Source: Paraspadella gotoi (lineage: Eukaryota; Animalia; Chaetognatha). Taken from it: 64,000 bases of DNA. The notes beneath the pieces were generated by a model. It saw only the letters and a program-made list of their open reading frames with translations. It had not been told where the DNA came from and made no database searches. The position numbers were made by a program, and so were the translations under genes. The DNA is taken from positions 18,275,413 through 18,339,412 of the forward strand of contig CM119269.1 of assembly GCA_051294375.1 (NCBI GenBank), written 5' to 3'. Below are positions 37,800 to 48,499 of the stretch, piece after piece (the stretch's first letter is position 1; each line of letters begins with the position of its first letter).

Positions 37800-40700
37800 A
37801 AGAATGAATGTCTTGGTGAACGCCTTCGTGAGGCGTTCTTGGCCGAAACGAATGGCGCATCGGTTTGGACGCTTAGCGGTGGACGGGGCGCCGAAGGGAG
37901 ATTTAGGTATCGAATCGCCTGGGGCAACCTTCCCGGAGACGTGCTTTTCTCCGCCTTTGGATCGAGCGTAGGCGCCGTTGGCCGCCGACGTATTTTTACT
38001 TCCTGTAAAAAAACCGGTTGGAGAAGTGGAGGGCCTGCTCATCAGTTGTTATCGTCAAATGGCGGCGATGACTTGCTTCTGAGCTTGGTGGTTGCGGATT
38101 GCCGCCTCTCTTTGGTCGGACGGGGTAGAGGAGCTGATTTGTCGCGTCGTTGGCGCCAGCGTCCGTGGCGTGGACCGGCCCGTAGTCTCGAGGGGGGGTG
38201 AGTGAAGGTGAGAGGAGGAGTTGAAAAAGTGTTCCTCATGCGTCATTCGTCTCATCCAAACGGTTGCACTCACCCACGATTTGCGATTGTCCTCTACTAC
38301 GCGGCCTGGATTCTCCACGTCAAAAATTCAAATGATTGTTCTTGATAATAACGCGATATAGGGCCTTGAGTACGGTGCCGGTAGAGCGACGTTTGACGCC
38401 GGTGCGTTGAATTGAAGTACAGCGATGGTTCGCAAAGGAGTCTGGGGAGGTTAGACCCTGGTAGGCGATAGCGTAGAAAGTCTCTACGGTTGAGACCCTC
38501 AAACCTCGATCTCAATTGTCTCCGGAAAAACCGTCGGTGCTGCTGCAGTGTCGGTACGCATGGCTGCTTGGTCCCGGGAATCGACCTCGGGACCTGAGCC
38601 CTGCGAAACACTAAATCCGCTGGAGAGGCGCCCAGTCGGCCTTTACCGTTGTACGGATGCAGTAAAGCTGACGGCAACCTCCAGAAACCACTGATAGAGG
38701 CTGATTCGTACCCAGCGCGATAGGCTTCCTTAGTCTCCTGGACCGTTCCACCAAACCATTTGCTTGTGTAAAGCTGGTTTATGATGTTAATTCCCCACGT
38801 ATTGAGCAGTTGGTCCCAATTGACAGTGAAAAAAAAAATGTTAACGAATAATTCAAAAAAAAAAAATTAGAAATGAAAAAAAGAAAAATTAAAAAAAAAA
38901 TTTTTGGGTTCCCCTGCGTCGTGATACCGCTCGGGTGCGCCGAGTGCGATCAATCCATGACCAGGGTGTTCAGACCCAGTGTGTTGCCGACATATCTGCC
39001 ATGGGAAGGGGCTATCGGCTCGGGTGAAGCTGTCACCGCTGGTCAGAAAGCTGTAGCCTGTTTGACGCCGGCATTATCGTATATCGACGTATGTGCTTGA
39101 GAAACGGCGCTGTGCACTTTAAAATTCGCCGATGTTGGGCACAACATGTCGCGGTGGACGTTTTGTCTGTTGCAAGGGATGGACTCCCTCGCCCAGCCGG
39201 CTTTGCGTCTGCTCTGATCGAGGGCCAGACAATGTTGAGGTGGAGAGGTTCTCTCTTTTTCTTTGGCGTACGCCAGGGTCCCAGGCCGTGACCGGCGTCA
39301 AAAACTCTTTTCCGCCCACGCGTTGAGGAACGAAGGCCTTGCAGGAGGGCCTTGGAATGTCTACGGCAGGAGCTAGTGTTGCCGACCGTACCTTACGGAA
39401 AACTTAGCCCCAGTCTCGAGACGTCCTTGAGAGGGCTTGAGTCTTATGTGATAGGCTTGATGGGCGTGCCATCTCCTCGAGATCAATCCCTTCCTGGGCC
39501 AATGGCATTGATGTGGCTCGAATGGTCTCGGCTTCTCGGGGAGCAACCTGGACATCGACTAAATTAGGCGGGAGATCGGGCGGTTGGGTGGTCGAGGCGA
39601 TGAACGGGTGGTGATGTTGGGCTAGAGGGCGCGTCCGCCACCAATTGGCCTTGCCGCGACATGAGTAATATCCGTGTAAATTCCGATATGAGCGATTATT
39701 GGAAATTTGCCTCGTGGTCGCCGGCTCTGCGCCGGTTGTTGAACGCATGAGATGAGGATTTGAGGTCAAGTATTAAAGCGTAAAAAGCTCTTCCTCAATC
39801 CATGCTGAAGATGCCTAACACTCGGAAGCTGCATAAGCTCCCTATCGAAGAAGAGCCAACGGCGCTGGCTTCATCGGAGCTTGCCCGAGAAGAAAAGCAA
39901 GGAGTTCCCAGCCCTTGGTCCTGGTTCGACTGCTTCAACAACAAAGCGCGACGGCAAATGGGTCGGGAGGCGTCATTAAGGTACGGCCAACTGGAGTTGG
40001 ATTCTTTGGAATGCCCAGCAAGGCGGCATTGGCAAGGGCATCCTCACTGCATTCAAAAGCTGTGGCGACAGTCGGCGTCCATGTTCAACTGTTTGGGCTT
40101 GCCTTCAAATGCATCGTTTAGGCGAGGCTGTGGGCAGCATTAGGGAGGAATCGCCGTAGTAATTCAACATCCCCTAAGAATCGCTGGAGCCCTTGATTGT
40201 CGTAGGTGGATTGGCTGGGCTCTAGATGGCTCCACTTTTTTCGGCACTGCTGGACGCAGTGCGTCCATGTAACCCAGAAGTTCCAATGACTCTGGCCAAG
40301 GACGCCTTTTGCGCTGTATCACGACCGAAGGCCGTTTCCCCAGGGCGCTGAAACCTGCTCAGGTCGTGAAGGTGCTGTTCGCTGCGGTCCTCGCTGCGCA
40401 ACAGGATATCGTCTAAGTAGACAGGAACGGTGTTGGATACAATCCCCCAGACGATCTCAATCCATTCATTCGCTGAAAATCCTGAATCCAGCATTTTTCA
40501 GCACCGAAGGGTGTCCTAGAGGGAAATAACATAGAAGTCACAGAGAAGGAATTGATGACTGCTGTCTTACCACGTCCATCGTCGGCCACAGGATTTCGTT
40601 GATACCCTTTTAGAGTCCACTTCGAAAAGATCTTTCTTTCCGGCCATGTCCGCGTTGAAGTACTGTGAGAAGCTTCACGGAGAATCATTCGTCCTTGAGT

Positions 40701-41440
40701 CTTTGGCGTTTAGCGGCGAAAATCGCCGCAACAACCCGCTCCACCATCGGCCTTGGGGTAACTTGAGATTGGGGCAAGACCATGGCTCTTTTTGCTCGCT
40801 TTGCAATGCCGGCGAGACCATTTTTCATTCGGCCTTTTGCACAGGCAATTTCTCTCAGGGAGAAGGCGTCAGAGCTCGAGCTTGTGCATGGTCGCCGTAC
40901 GTAGGGATATGATGGCGACGCATGTCTTCGGCGTCCTCGTTCAAAAGACGGGTCGTTCAGAGTTGGGATTCGTCAAGAGTTTATAAACGTCCTCTGCTGC
41001 TGAACGATTACGTGAGAGAGCGTGAACACGTGCCGCGACGAATATGTTGAGAAATCCATCTGGTCTAAAGAATTCGGTCCTTGATTGGGGGACTAGAAAA
41101 ATTCTTCAAAAAATCAGCCGCCAGAATATTGGTACGTCGGTATTTATAAACGTCAAAGGAAAGATTCGAGGACCTAGAGTGATGCGTTTATACGACGCCG
41201 TGCAGGCATTGGCTTCCATATGCAGCCCTTGCAATTGGGCGCCAGTGGGGCACCGGCTGCCTTTTGCTCAGGAGTGGGAGGGATTGAGGAGAGGAGTGGC
41301 GCCGCCTCGACGAGCCAATGGCGACCGTCGCTCGCTCCGCCGACGTGAAGGAGGGTAGTTGGCGTTGGTGGTGATTGGTGCGGGGACAGCGTCACCGATC
41401 GGCCTTGTTGATGCTTTCTGGCCCCGCCTTGGCCCGTTTC
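37800..41440 (-). CDS. pol: pol polyprotein (aspartic protease, reverse transcriptase, RNase H, integrase with GPY/F module), frameshifted in this assembly
   Basis: Motifs read across frames. PR: HWLV[D]GGA, L-AANG-like, ILAADFL (41100-41330). Pre-RT: HHIPTYG..ARA (40860-40930). RT: GDFR, IFSK..LKGY, KTAVI, TPFG, FQR, YLDD at 40408-40419. RH: RQIS..S, GKAN (39620-39720). IN core: VDI (~39085), RFFRRQLRS (~38520). GPY/F: QGP (~38365). Confidence 0.88.
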
Positions 41441-42242
41441 CCGCCTTCATACTGTCTTTTTGACTGCCCCTTGCTCGCATCGATACGCATGCGTCGCAGT
41501 AATTTGAGGTAGACAAGCGGCAACTGCTAAAATTGTACTTGCTATTGAGTGTGGCGACGTTAAAGTTGCTTGAAGAGCGCTTGAAACGGTTGACGGCCAC
41601 TTGCGGGCACGTTCTGCTTCGCCGAATGCGAGTATCGATGACGGCCACGCTCTTGCGAAGACTCTGGCGACGGACCCAGTTGACGTCAGGCCTCGTCGAG
41701 CCGCTGCTCAGGATCCGATGGCGTCGTTTAAACGCGTCGTTTATTGCGGCGTTAGATTGACGCGTCGAAGACAGACAGATTGGCCCTCCTTCCTGATCGA
41801 AGAATTATCGGCGGCCTCTGCGGATTGTACGGCCGCGTCCCAGCCATCGACTTTATCTTCTAAAGAGCGGCGAATATCGATTGGGAGACTCCTGAAAAAA
41901 ACGATCGGTCTCTTTGCGTACTGTCGCCATCGTAGGCGTCCTTCGGTCTTTTCCTGGAAAGGGTGCCAGGTTTTGCTGCGAGGATCGGAAACACATACAG
42001 GACGAGAAACCGATCGAAAGGACAGGTAACAACGCCGCACTGTTGGGCGGAGGCAGTTGACCCAATACTCATTTACTTCGGAGATACGTCGAAGGAAATT
42101 GTCTCCGAATAATTGTCTCACATTGAGGGGGGGTATTCCCACCCAACGTAGAATAGCATTTGTATACGGGGATTTAGATAGCTTCAAACAGCTGATCTTG
42201 GATATTCGAGCGAAATGCAGCAACTTTCTTATTAGACATCAT
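41400..42242 (-). CDS. gag: gag (capsid plus CHCC-type zinc knuckle), frameshifted in this assembly
   Basis: ATG ATG at 42242 (MMSNKKVAAFRSNIQDQLFEAI). ORF 41741-42223 contains FFRSLPIDIRRSL..AEAAD. A reconstructable C-x2-H-x9-C-x3-C knuckle lies at ~41465-41525, and the position is between the 5' LTR and PR. Confidence 0.7.
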
Positions 42243-42724
42243 TACTATGCAGTCGAATGATACTAGCACCTCGATCGTAGTAGACCCAAATGATAAACCA
42301 GAATAATATATATAAATACGAACCAGACCGCGACTCGGTTAAACTTATAATTACTAACAATCAGACGCACAAATATAATAACAATAATAACTGCGTCAAG
42401 CTTTCGGTTCTCGTCGGAGCGTGGCGGCCATCTCGCTGGGCGCTGTCGACAAAGTTGATTGCGATGATTCGAAGGGCGAGAGGAATTAAAAGGTCTGGCT
42501 CACTTGCAGCGCGCTCGGGGCGTCGGCGAGGTTCTTCAATGCGTGACTGCAATGCGGCTCTCTGCCAATGGAGCTAGGGACGTTGAATGCTCGAGGCCCG
42601 AAATCTGTAGACGAGCTGAATTGGGGATATCGCTGGCTTCGGGTCATTGGGAGAATCAGTCTCAGTGGGCAGGATCAGAGGATATTGGACTTTTTTTAAC
42701 CTCGTTAGAATTCAACCAATTCGG

Positions 42725-43338
42725 AGTGGCCCAAGATGGTGACATCCAACGTAGATAACGGAAGTGAACGTTGGCGTGCGTTAGGCGCTATTTCGTGGCT
42801 GACTGAGTTGTTATTGTTTATGTAAAAGCATTCATAAAACCAACTATGCTTTGGTTTAAAGGAAGTAAAGACCTTTAGATAAAATAAATCAAAAGGCATA
42901 TCATGAGATTCCATAGGCTAATCAGCATATGCAATATCATTAGTTAAAGCCACAAACAATACGAAAAATTAATACAATTAATTAATCAATTAATAAACAA
43001 GTAAAGTAATATCCAATAACTATTTGTAAATTAATTGATTATGAGATGTGCCAGTTATATATTATTTCCCAAATTATGCTTTCTTGATAAAAGCATAGAG
43101 TGTGATATAAAGAAGGGAAAATCAGCTGATTCTAGTTACTTGATAGTTCTTTTGTTTTATGAACACAAAAGGATAAAACAATAAGGCTAAAAAAAGAAAT
43201 AATAAACAAAAGGAAATTAAATAACAAACATAAAAGTTAATCTCCAAGTAGATATCAGTATTATATGTTAACAGTGCGACCTCTGGCCGAGGTCTCAGAC
43301 TCAGCGAGCTGGCGAATCTGGGGTTTCAAAAACCACCA
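42725..43338 (-). repeat. 5' LTR (~614 bp)
   Basis: Plus strand reads (A)GTGGCCCAAGA...TTTCAAAAACCACCA and is followed by the TSD CTCTT. Confidence 0.88.
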
Positions 43339-43443
43339 CTCTTAGTGCCTTTTTCCTTCGTTTCGCTGTTTCGCTCGTTGCTCGTTGCGTCTTGCTTGTT
43401 CACTTTTTACTTTTTGCGCAATGTGCATCTTTGCCATCTCCAG

Positions 43444-43700
43444 TTAAATCGATAGTTGTAGCGGTAGTAATTCATACCCCGCTACTCGACCGAGAATCAG
43501 CAGCATCTATGGCACCGGATGTAGCACGAACTCCTCCCAATCCAAAGGACTCGGGTTCGCGCCCTGCTGATTCACACAAGTAAAAGCGGGACGGGGCGTC
43601 TAACCCATCTGTAGTGACGGACTACAGCCCGATCCGCAATACGGGACCTTGTGTGCAACGGACGTCGAACTGGTCGCGGCATCGTCTTCTACATAGTCTA
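43444..43700 (+). CDS. Candidate exon encoding a sushi/CCP-like domain (frameshifted)
   Basis: Acceptor ttgccatctccag| at 43443. Across frames it reads GC..TPPNPKDSG, G..V, CSD.DYSPIRNT, C, TSNWS, resembling the sushi C-xPP...C-xxG/DY...C...W pattern. Confidence 0.35.
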
Positions 43701-44632
43701 CTTATGTTCCAAAAATTTACAAACTTTTCTTTTTATATTCCATTTAAGATCTACACGTTGCAACGTCCAAGGTTCATCTTCCAACTTGCCGTCTGTTGCG
43801 CATTTCATATTTCGCCTCTCAAGGTTTTATTTTTCTCTCTCCAGTTTTTACTGTTTTCCTTTTTTTCCCAATTTTATCGTTTCCGCATCTTTTTTTTTTC
43901 CTTTTACGTCTTAAACTTTTTACGATTTTCTCCCAAAAATATTTTTTCTCTTTTCTTTTTTATTTCTTTTTTTTGTTTACTCGTTTCTTGGAGATCAAAA
44001 AAGCGAAGGGCGACGGCGCGACTGTAGATTCTTTGCTTAAGACGCTCGTCCTCCACTTTTCCTTTCTTAACTATCTCTCTCTCCTGGCTTCTTACTTTCC
44101 TTTTTTCTCCAATCTCCTCATTATTAATATTTCTTATTCCACCTTTTCCTCATCAGTCCTTTGTAATCCCAGCCATCCCCGCTCACTTGTACTACCTTTT
44201 CCCCTTTTATTTCTTTTCTGCCAACTAGTCTTCCCTGACAGCTTCCCTTACCCTTGTCTGTGGTAGGAAAACAAACCTTTCCATTGGCTCGCTATCTCGC
44301 TTTCCCTTCCACCTTTCGTAATAACTTTTGTTTTCTGTTTCGTCGAAATTAAAAAAAAAAAAAAAAAAAAACTTCGGAACATAACTTAAGAAAAAAGTTT
44401 CAGATGACGAGTAGATGCTGTCACGTTTGTCTGGCGAAAACTACGAAAAAGAAAGGAAATAAAGAAAACATAAAAAAGAAAGAAAAAAAATAAGGGTTAA
44501 CAAAGAAAAGAAATGTGGCAACAAAAGTGGCCCAAAGTAGCGAACGGCGGAGGCAATGGGAGTATAAGACGTTACGTTGAGTTATGAGAATGAATAAAGG
44601 AAGTGGTCGATGGGCCGCATCGGCTGCTTTGG

Positions 44633-44665
44633 AGGCGGCAGCGGCGGCAGCGGCGGCAGCGGCGG
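44633..44665. repeat. (GCG/GCA)n trinucleotide repeat running into a gap
   Basis: Direct reading. Confidence 0.85.
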
Positions 44666-46655
44666 NNNNNNNNNNNNNNNNNNNNNNNNNNNNNNNNNNN
44701 NNNNNNNNNNNNNNNNNNNNNNNNNNNNNNNNNNNNNNNNNNNNNNNNNNNNNNNNNNNNNNNNNNNNNNNNNNNNNNNNNNNNNNNNNNNNNNNNNNNN
44801 NNNNNNNNNNNNNNNNNNNNNNNNNNNNNNNNNNNNNNNNNNNNNNNNNNNNNNNNNNNNNNNNNNNNNNNNNNNNNNNNNNNNNNNNNNNNNNNNNNNN
44901 NNNNNNNNNNNNNNNNNNNNNNNNNNNNNNNNNNNNNNNNNNNNNNNNNNNNNNNNNNNNNNNNNNNNNNNNNNNNNNNNNNNNNTTTTAATCTTTGTCT
45001 TTTCTGGGTGGAATAATCTCTTCTTTTAGATTAACTCTTTTCTTCATTTTCTTTCGCTCCATTCCTCGCTCCATTCCTCGCTCCATTCCTTACTCCGTCT
45101 CTCTCTTCATTACTCTCTCCATTTTTCAGACATTTCCTCAATTCACTTCTGTTTTTTTGTTTGTTTGTTTTGTTTTTGTTTTTGGTTTTTTTTTTTCATT
45201 TAATTTTCATCATCATTGACTTGAATTTCACTACACTGAGCTACTTCATGTCAGGTTATCGAATCCTAACAACGAAGTTTAATTACCATTAAGAACATTA
45301 GAATCATGTACTTTATAGTTGCAGCATAATTTTTCGATAAAAATACTTTGTTTGCTTAATAATATGAAGGTCCTTGCGCCTTCTATTCTTTACATTTTTT
45401 TTTCTCTCTCCCCTTTGATATTAATCCCTTTCTTCCCTTATTACGCTGATTATGACCAATACGATTAGATTAAATATCCTCTCATCTTTTTCTCTCTTCT
45501 TTCNNNNNNNNNNNNNNNNNNNNNNNNNNNNNNNNNNNNNNNNNNNNNNNNNNNNNNNNNNNNNNNNNNNNNNNNNNNNNNNNNNNNNNNNNNNNNNNNN
45601 NNNNNNNNNNNNNNNNNNNNNNNNCTTTCCTCCCTTTCTCCTTTTTTTAATAAAATCCGTCAGAAGGAAAAAAAAAATTTTCTCCTTTCAAACTTTTCTC
45701 ACTGTTGTTCGTAAAAACTCCAGGAAAAAAAAAAGATGAGAAAAAAATTTAAAATTAAAAATAAAGGAAAAAAGAGCAAAATTTAAAAAAAGTAAGAAAA
45801 CAGAATAAAATTTAAAATAAGGATGAAAAAATGTTTTTGATTAAAAAAAAAAGGAAATTCCGGCGATTTTGTGGCTTTTTTTAAAAATTTTCCCTCTTTT
45901 TTTTTTTAATCATGATTCTGGGTTTTTGGATAAACGTTTTCACTCGTTTGACTTTTAAACGTCGTTCTTTTAATGTTTGGTTGGACAGAAAAAAACTTTG
46001 GCGCCTTTTTGGGAAACGCGAGCGGAAAAAAGTTTTCGGGGTTTGTTTTCTATTTTGAAATCACACGACACCAAAAATGAACGCAAAATTAAATTTTGAT
46101 GAATCAAATTTTAAGGAATTTTTAGGAAAAAGGGAAACCAAAGTCAATGCAGAAGAATTGTGTATTTAATATATAACTGAATAAAATGTACATTTTGATG
46201 CACAATAAAAATTTCTTAGATGTAAAACTTTTTTTTTAAATTAAAGATTACGATCATGTCAGAACTTCAAATTATCATAAATTATGAAAAAAAATGATGA
46301 CCGTCCGTCCGTCTGTCTGTCTGATTGTCTTTAGGTCAGACCGTCCCTCACCCCTTCGCAATGAACGCCAATTACTTATGGTGGATGATTTACTTGCAAT
46401 TTTGTGTGTGGGTAAAGCAGTGTGTGATTGAGCTGGAAATCAAGTTTCGATAAAATCGACCGAGTGGAAATGAGTTTAAATTGAAAATATAAATAAAAAA
46501 ATATAAAACCTGTCACGCTATTTGATTAAGCTTTTTATATTTGTATTACATATAATTACAAACTGTAATAATTAATTATTTAATTATCTGAACAGCTGAT
46601 TACCGCTAATGATTGTGGGCAGATCCGGCATTGTTTGCTCAAACTTGTTTTAATA

Positions 46656-46905
46656 GAAAGTTACGCTAAGACTGTATCTATGGTCACTCACAGCGTCCTT
46701 AGTGACGCTCTACTGTGTTACAGTTTGCAACAACAAAAAAATCCGCACGATTCCCGCGCCTCCGGAGCAGCGCCTGACGCAAAACGACGACAATGGTTAC
46801 GAGTTTGTTGGGTCTTGCCAACAGCCTCGTCGCAATCGACGACCAGCTGGACAATTTTCTTTGGCCGACCGATTTGTCGGTGGCGTCGGTCGCCAAAATC
46901 ACTAA
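46656..46905 (+). CDS. Candidate terminal exon: hydrophobic segment plus cytoplasmic tail with a Tyr motif
   Basis: Acceptor ttgttttaatag|. It reads VSMVTHSVL/VTLYCVTVC-NNKK then IRTIPAPPEQRLTQNDDNGYEFVG...QNH-stop (ORF 46702-46905), as a GC-balanced island in AT-rich DNA. Confidence 0.3.
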
Positions 46906-47214
46906 ATGTTAATTGATTATTGATTATCAGAAAACAATATGAAANNNNNNNNNNNNNNNNNNNNNNNNNNNNNNNNNNNNNNNNNNNNNNNNNNNNNNNN
47001 NNNNNNNNNNNNNNNNNNNNNNNNNNNNNNNNNNNNNNNNNNNNNNNNNNNNNNNNNNNNNNNNNNNNNNNNNNNNNNNNNNNNNNNNNNNNNNNNNNNN
47101 NNNNNNNNNNNNNNNNNNNNNNNNNNNNNNNNNNNNNNNNNNNNNNNNNNNNNNNNNNNNNNNNNNNNNNNNNNNNNNNNNNNNNNNNNNNNNNNNNNNN
47201 NNNNNNNNNNNNNN

Positions 47215-47249
<35 letters not shown>

Positions 47250-48499
47250 GGTTCCGCAATATTCCGACCAATCAGTTTTCCTTAATCCCAAAATGGACCT
47301 CGGAAACTGGGAAAATTGGATGATGGTTTTCCCGTTTTATGTATTATTTGGAAAACCTTGACAAATCTACCCCTATACTCTTAAATTACGTAGGATCAAA
47401 TTTCACACCAACTTTTACAAATCTTAGTTATGTTATCACAAGTCTGTAGAAGTACATATATTTACTAGTTTTTGTTCCACACTGCTCCCGTTTAACTTAT
47501 TGTTTGCATCTGTTAGTAATTATTTTTATTGCCAAACAGCGGATTTTACGATATTTTCGATTTGACTCGGTGCTATGGCCTTTTGCGTTGCTCCCGACGG
47601 TTTCCCTCTGTTCTTCGAGCGAAAGATTTTTGCCGGGAAATTTCCCTCTGTTTCTCAGGAGCCGGAAATAGGGAATAAAGGAAAAGGAGGGGACTTGGGA
47701 AGAAGGAAAAGGTTTAAAAGAGAGAGAGAAAGGAAAAGAGGGGTTGGAGATGGAAAATAAAAGGTTAAGAAGAAAGAGAGGAAAAGAAAAACACGATAGA
47801 GCGGAGAAAAAAAAGGTTTAAGGGAAAAGAGAAAGGAAAACAAGGAAATGGGGAAACAGGGAGAGAGTTATTATGTTTAGAAAGGTAGGTAAGTGTATTA
47901 GGGAATTAATAAATAGCCGGGGGAATAAAGGGAAAGAAAGAGATAGAAGTAGGGAAGGATGTATGTTATACATTGTATAAAATTTAGGTAGGGAACCAGT
48001 GAACCAGTGAACCAGTAAAAGACAAAATAGGTTGAGGGAAGAATTAACTGGAACAAGAATCACTTTCTCTAAGGAAAGTACCGTAGAAAGTTAGAAACAT
48101 TCAAGAGTTTAGCCAGTCAAGGGAGAGTTAATCCAAGTTATTGCCAGTGAAAACACGCATCCTGTTATTTTTTGTTTTTTTCGGTCGCTTTGTCGCCTTG
48201 GTTACCCGTCATGGCTTCAAGTGGGCGACCTCCAACTTGTATTCCCTTTTTTAACGCGAGTTCGGGTCGACGAGTTCGAAAAGAGAGGAGAATAGATGTG
48301 ATGGATCTCCTCCGCCTTTTGTTTACTCGATGATCCCGCTCTTTCTTTGTCACGGTTAAGGCTCGGATTTATTTCGGTGCACTCAATTCGTATATTCAGA
48401 TGTGTTAACACGGTTTTTTCTTCGATGTCCGTTCGATCCGCTCTTTTTGGTCTCTCTTCTCTTTCTCTTTTCTTTCGCTTAAAAGCGCTTGTAATATTC

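Larger units (their letters stand above)
37021..43338 (-). mobile_element. Full-length Ty3/Gypsy (Metaviridae) LTR retrotransposon, CsRn1/Kabuki-like by motif resemblance
   Basis: Two direct LTRs with TG...CA ends and identical 5-bp flanks CTCTT (37016-37020 and 43339-43343). Internal order on the minus strand is gag-PR-RT-RH-IN. Confidence 0.93.

Noticed and set aside
38186-38200. CTCGAGGGGGGGT as the polypurine tract
   Set aside because: It is on the wrong strand for the minus-strand element and about 600 bp from the LTR.
37791-38318. Separate env-like or extra ORF downstream of integrase
   Set aside because: It is Ser/Pro/Thr-rich with no signal peptide or TM segment, and ends in an RPxR..RF..RL-like motif typical of Gypsy integrase tails, so I treated it as the pol C-terminus.
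41205-41260. APNCKGCIW as the Gag zinc knuckle
   Set aside because: A neighbouring-frame reading fits the protease L-AANG motif between the active site and ILAADFL. The knuckle fits better at ~41465-41525.
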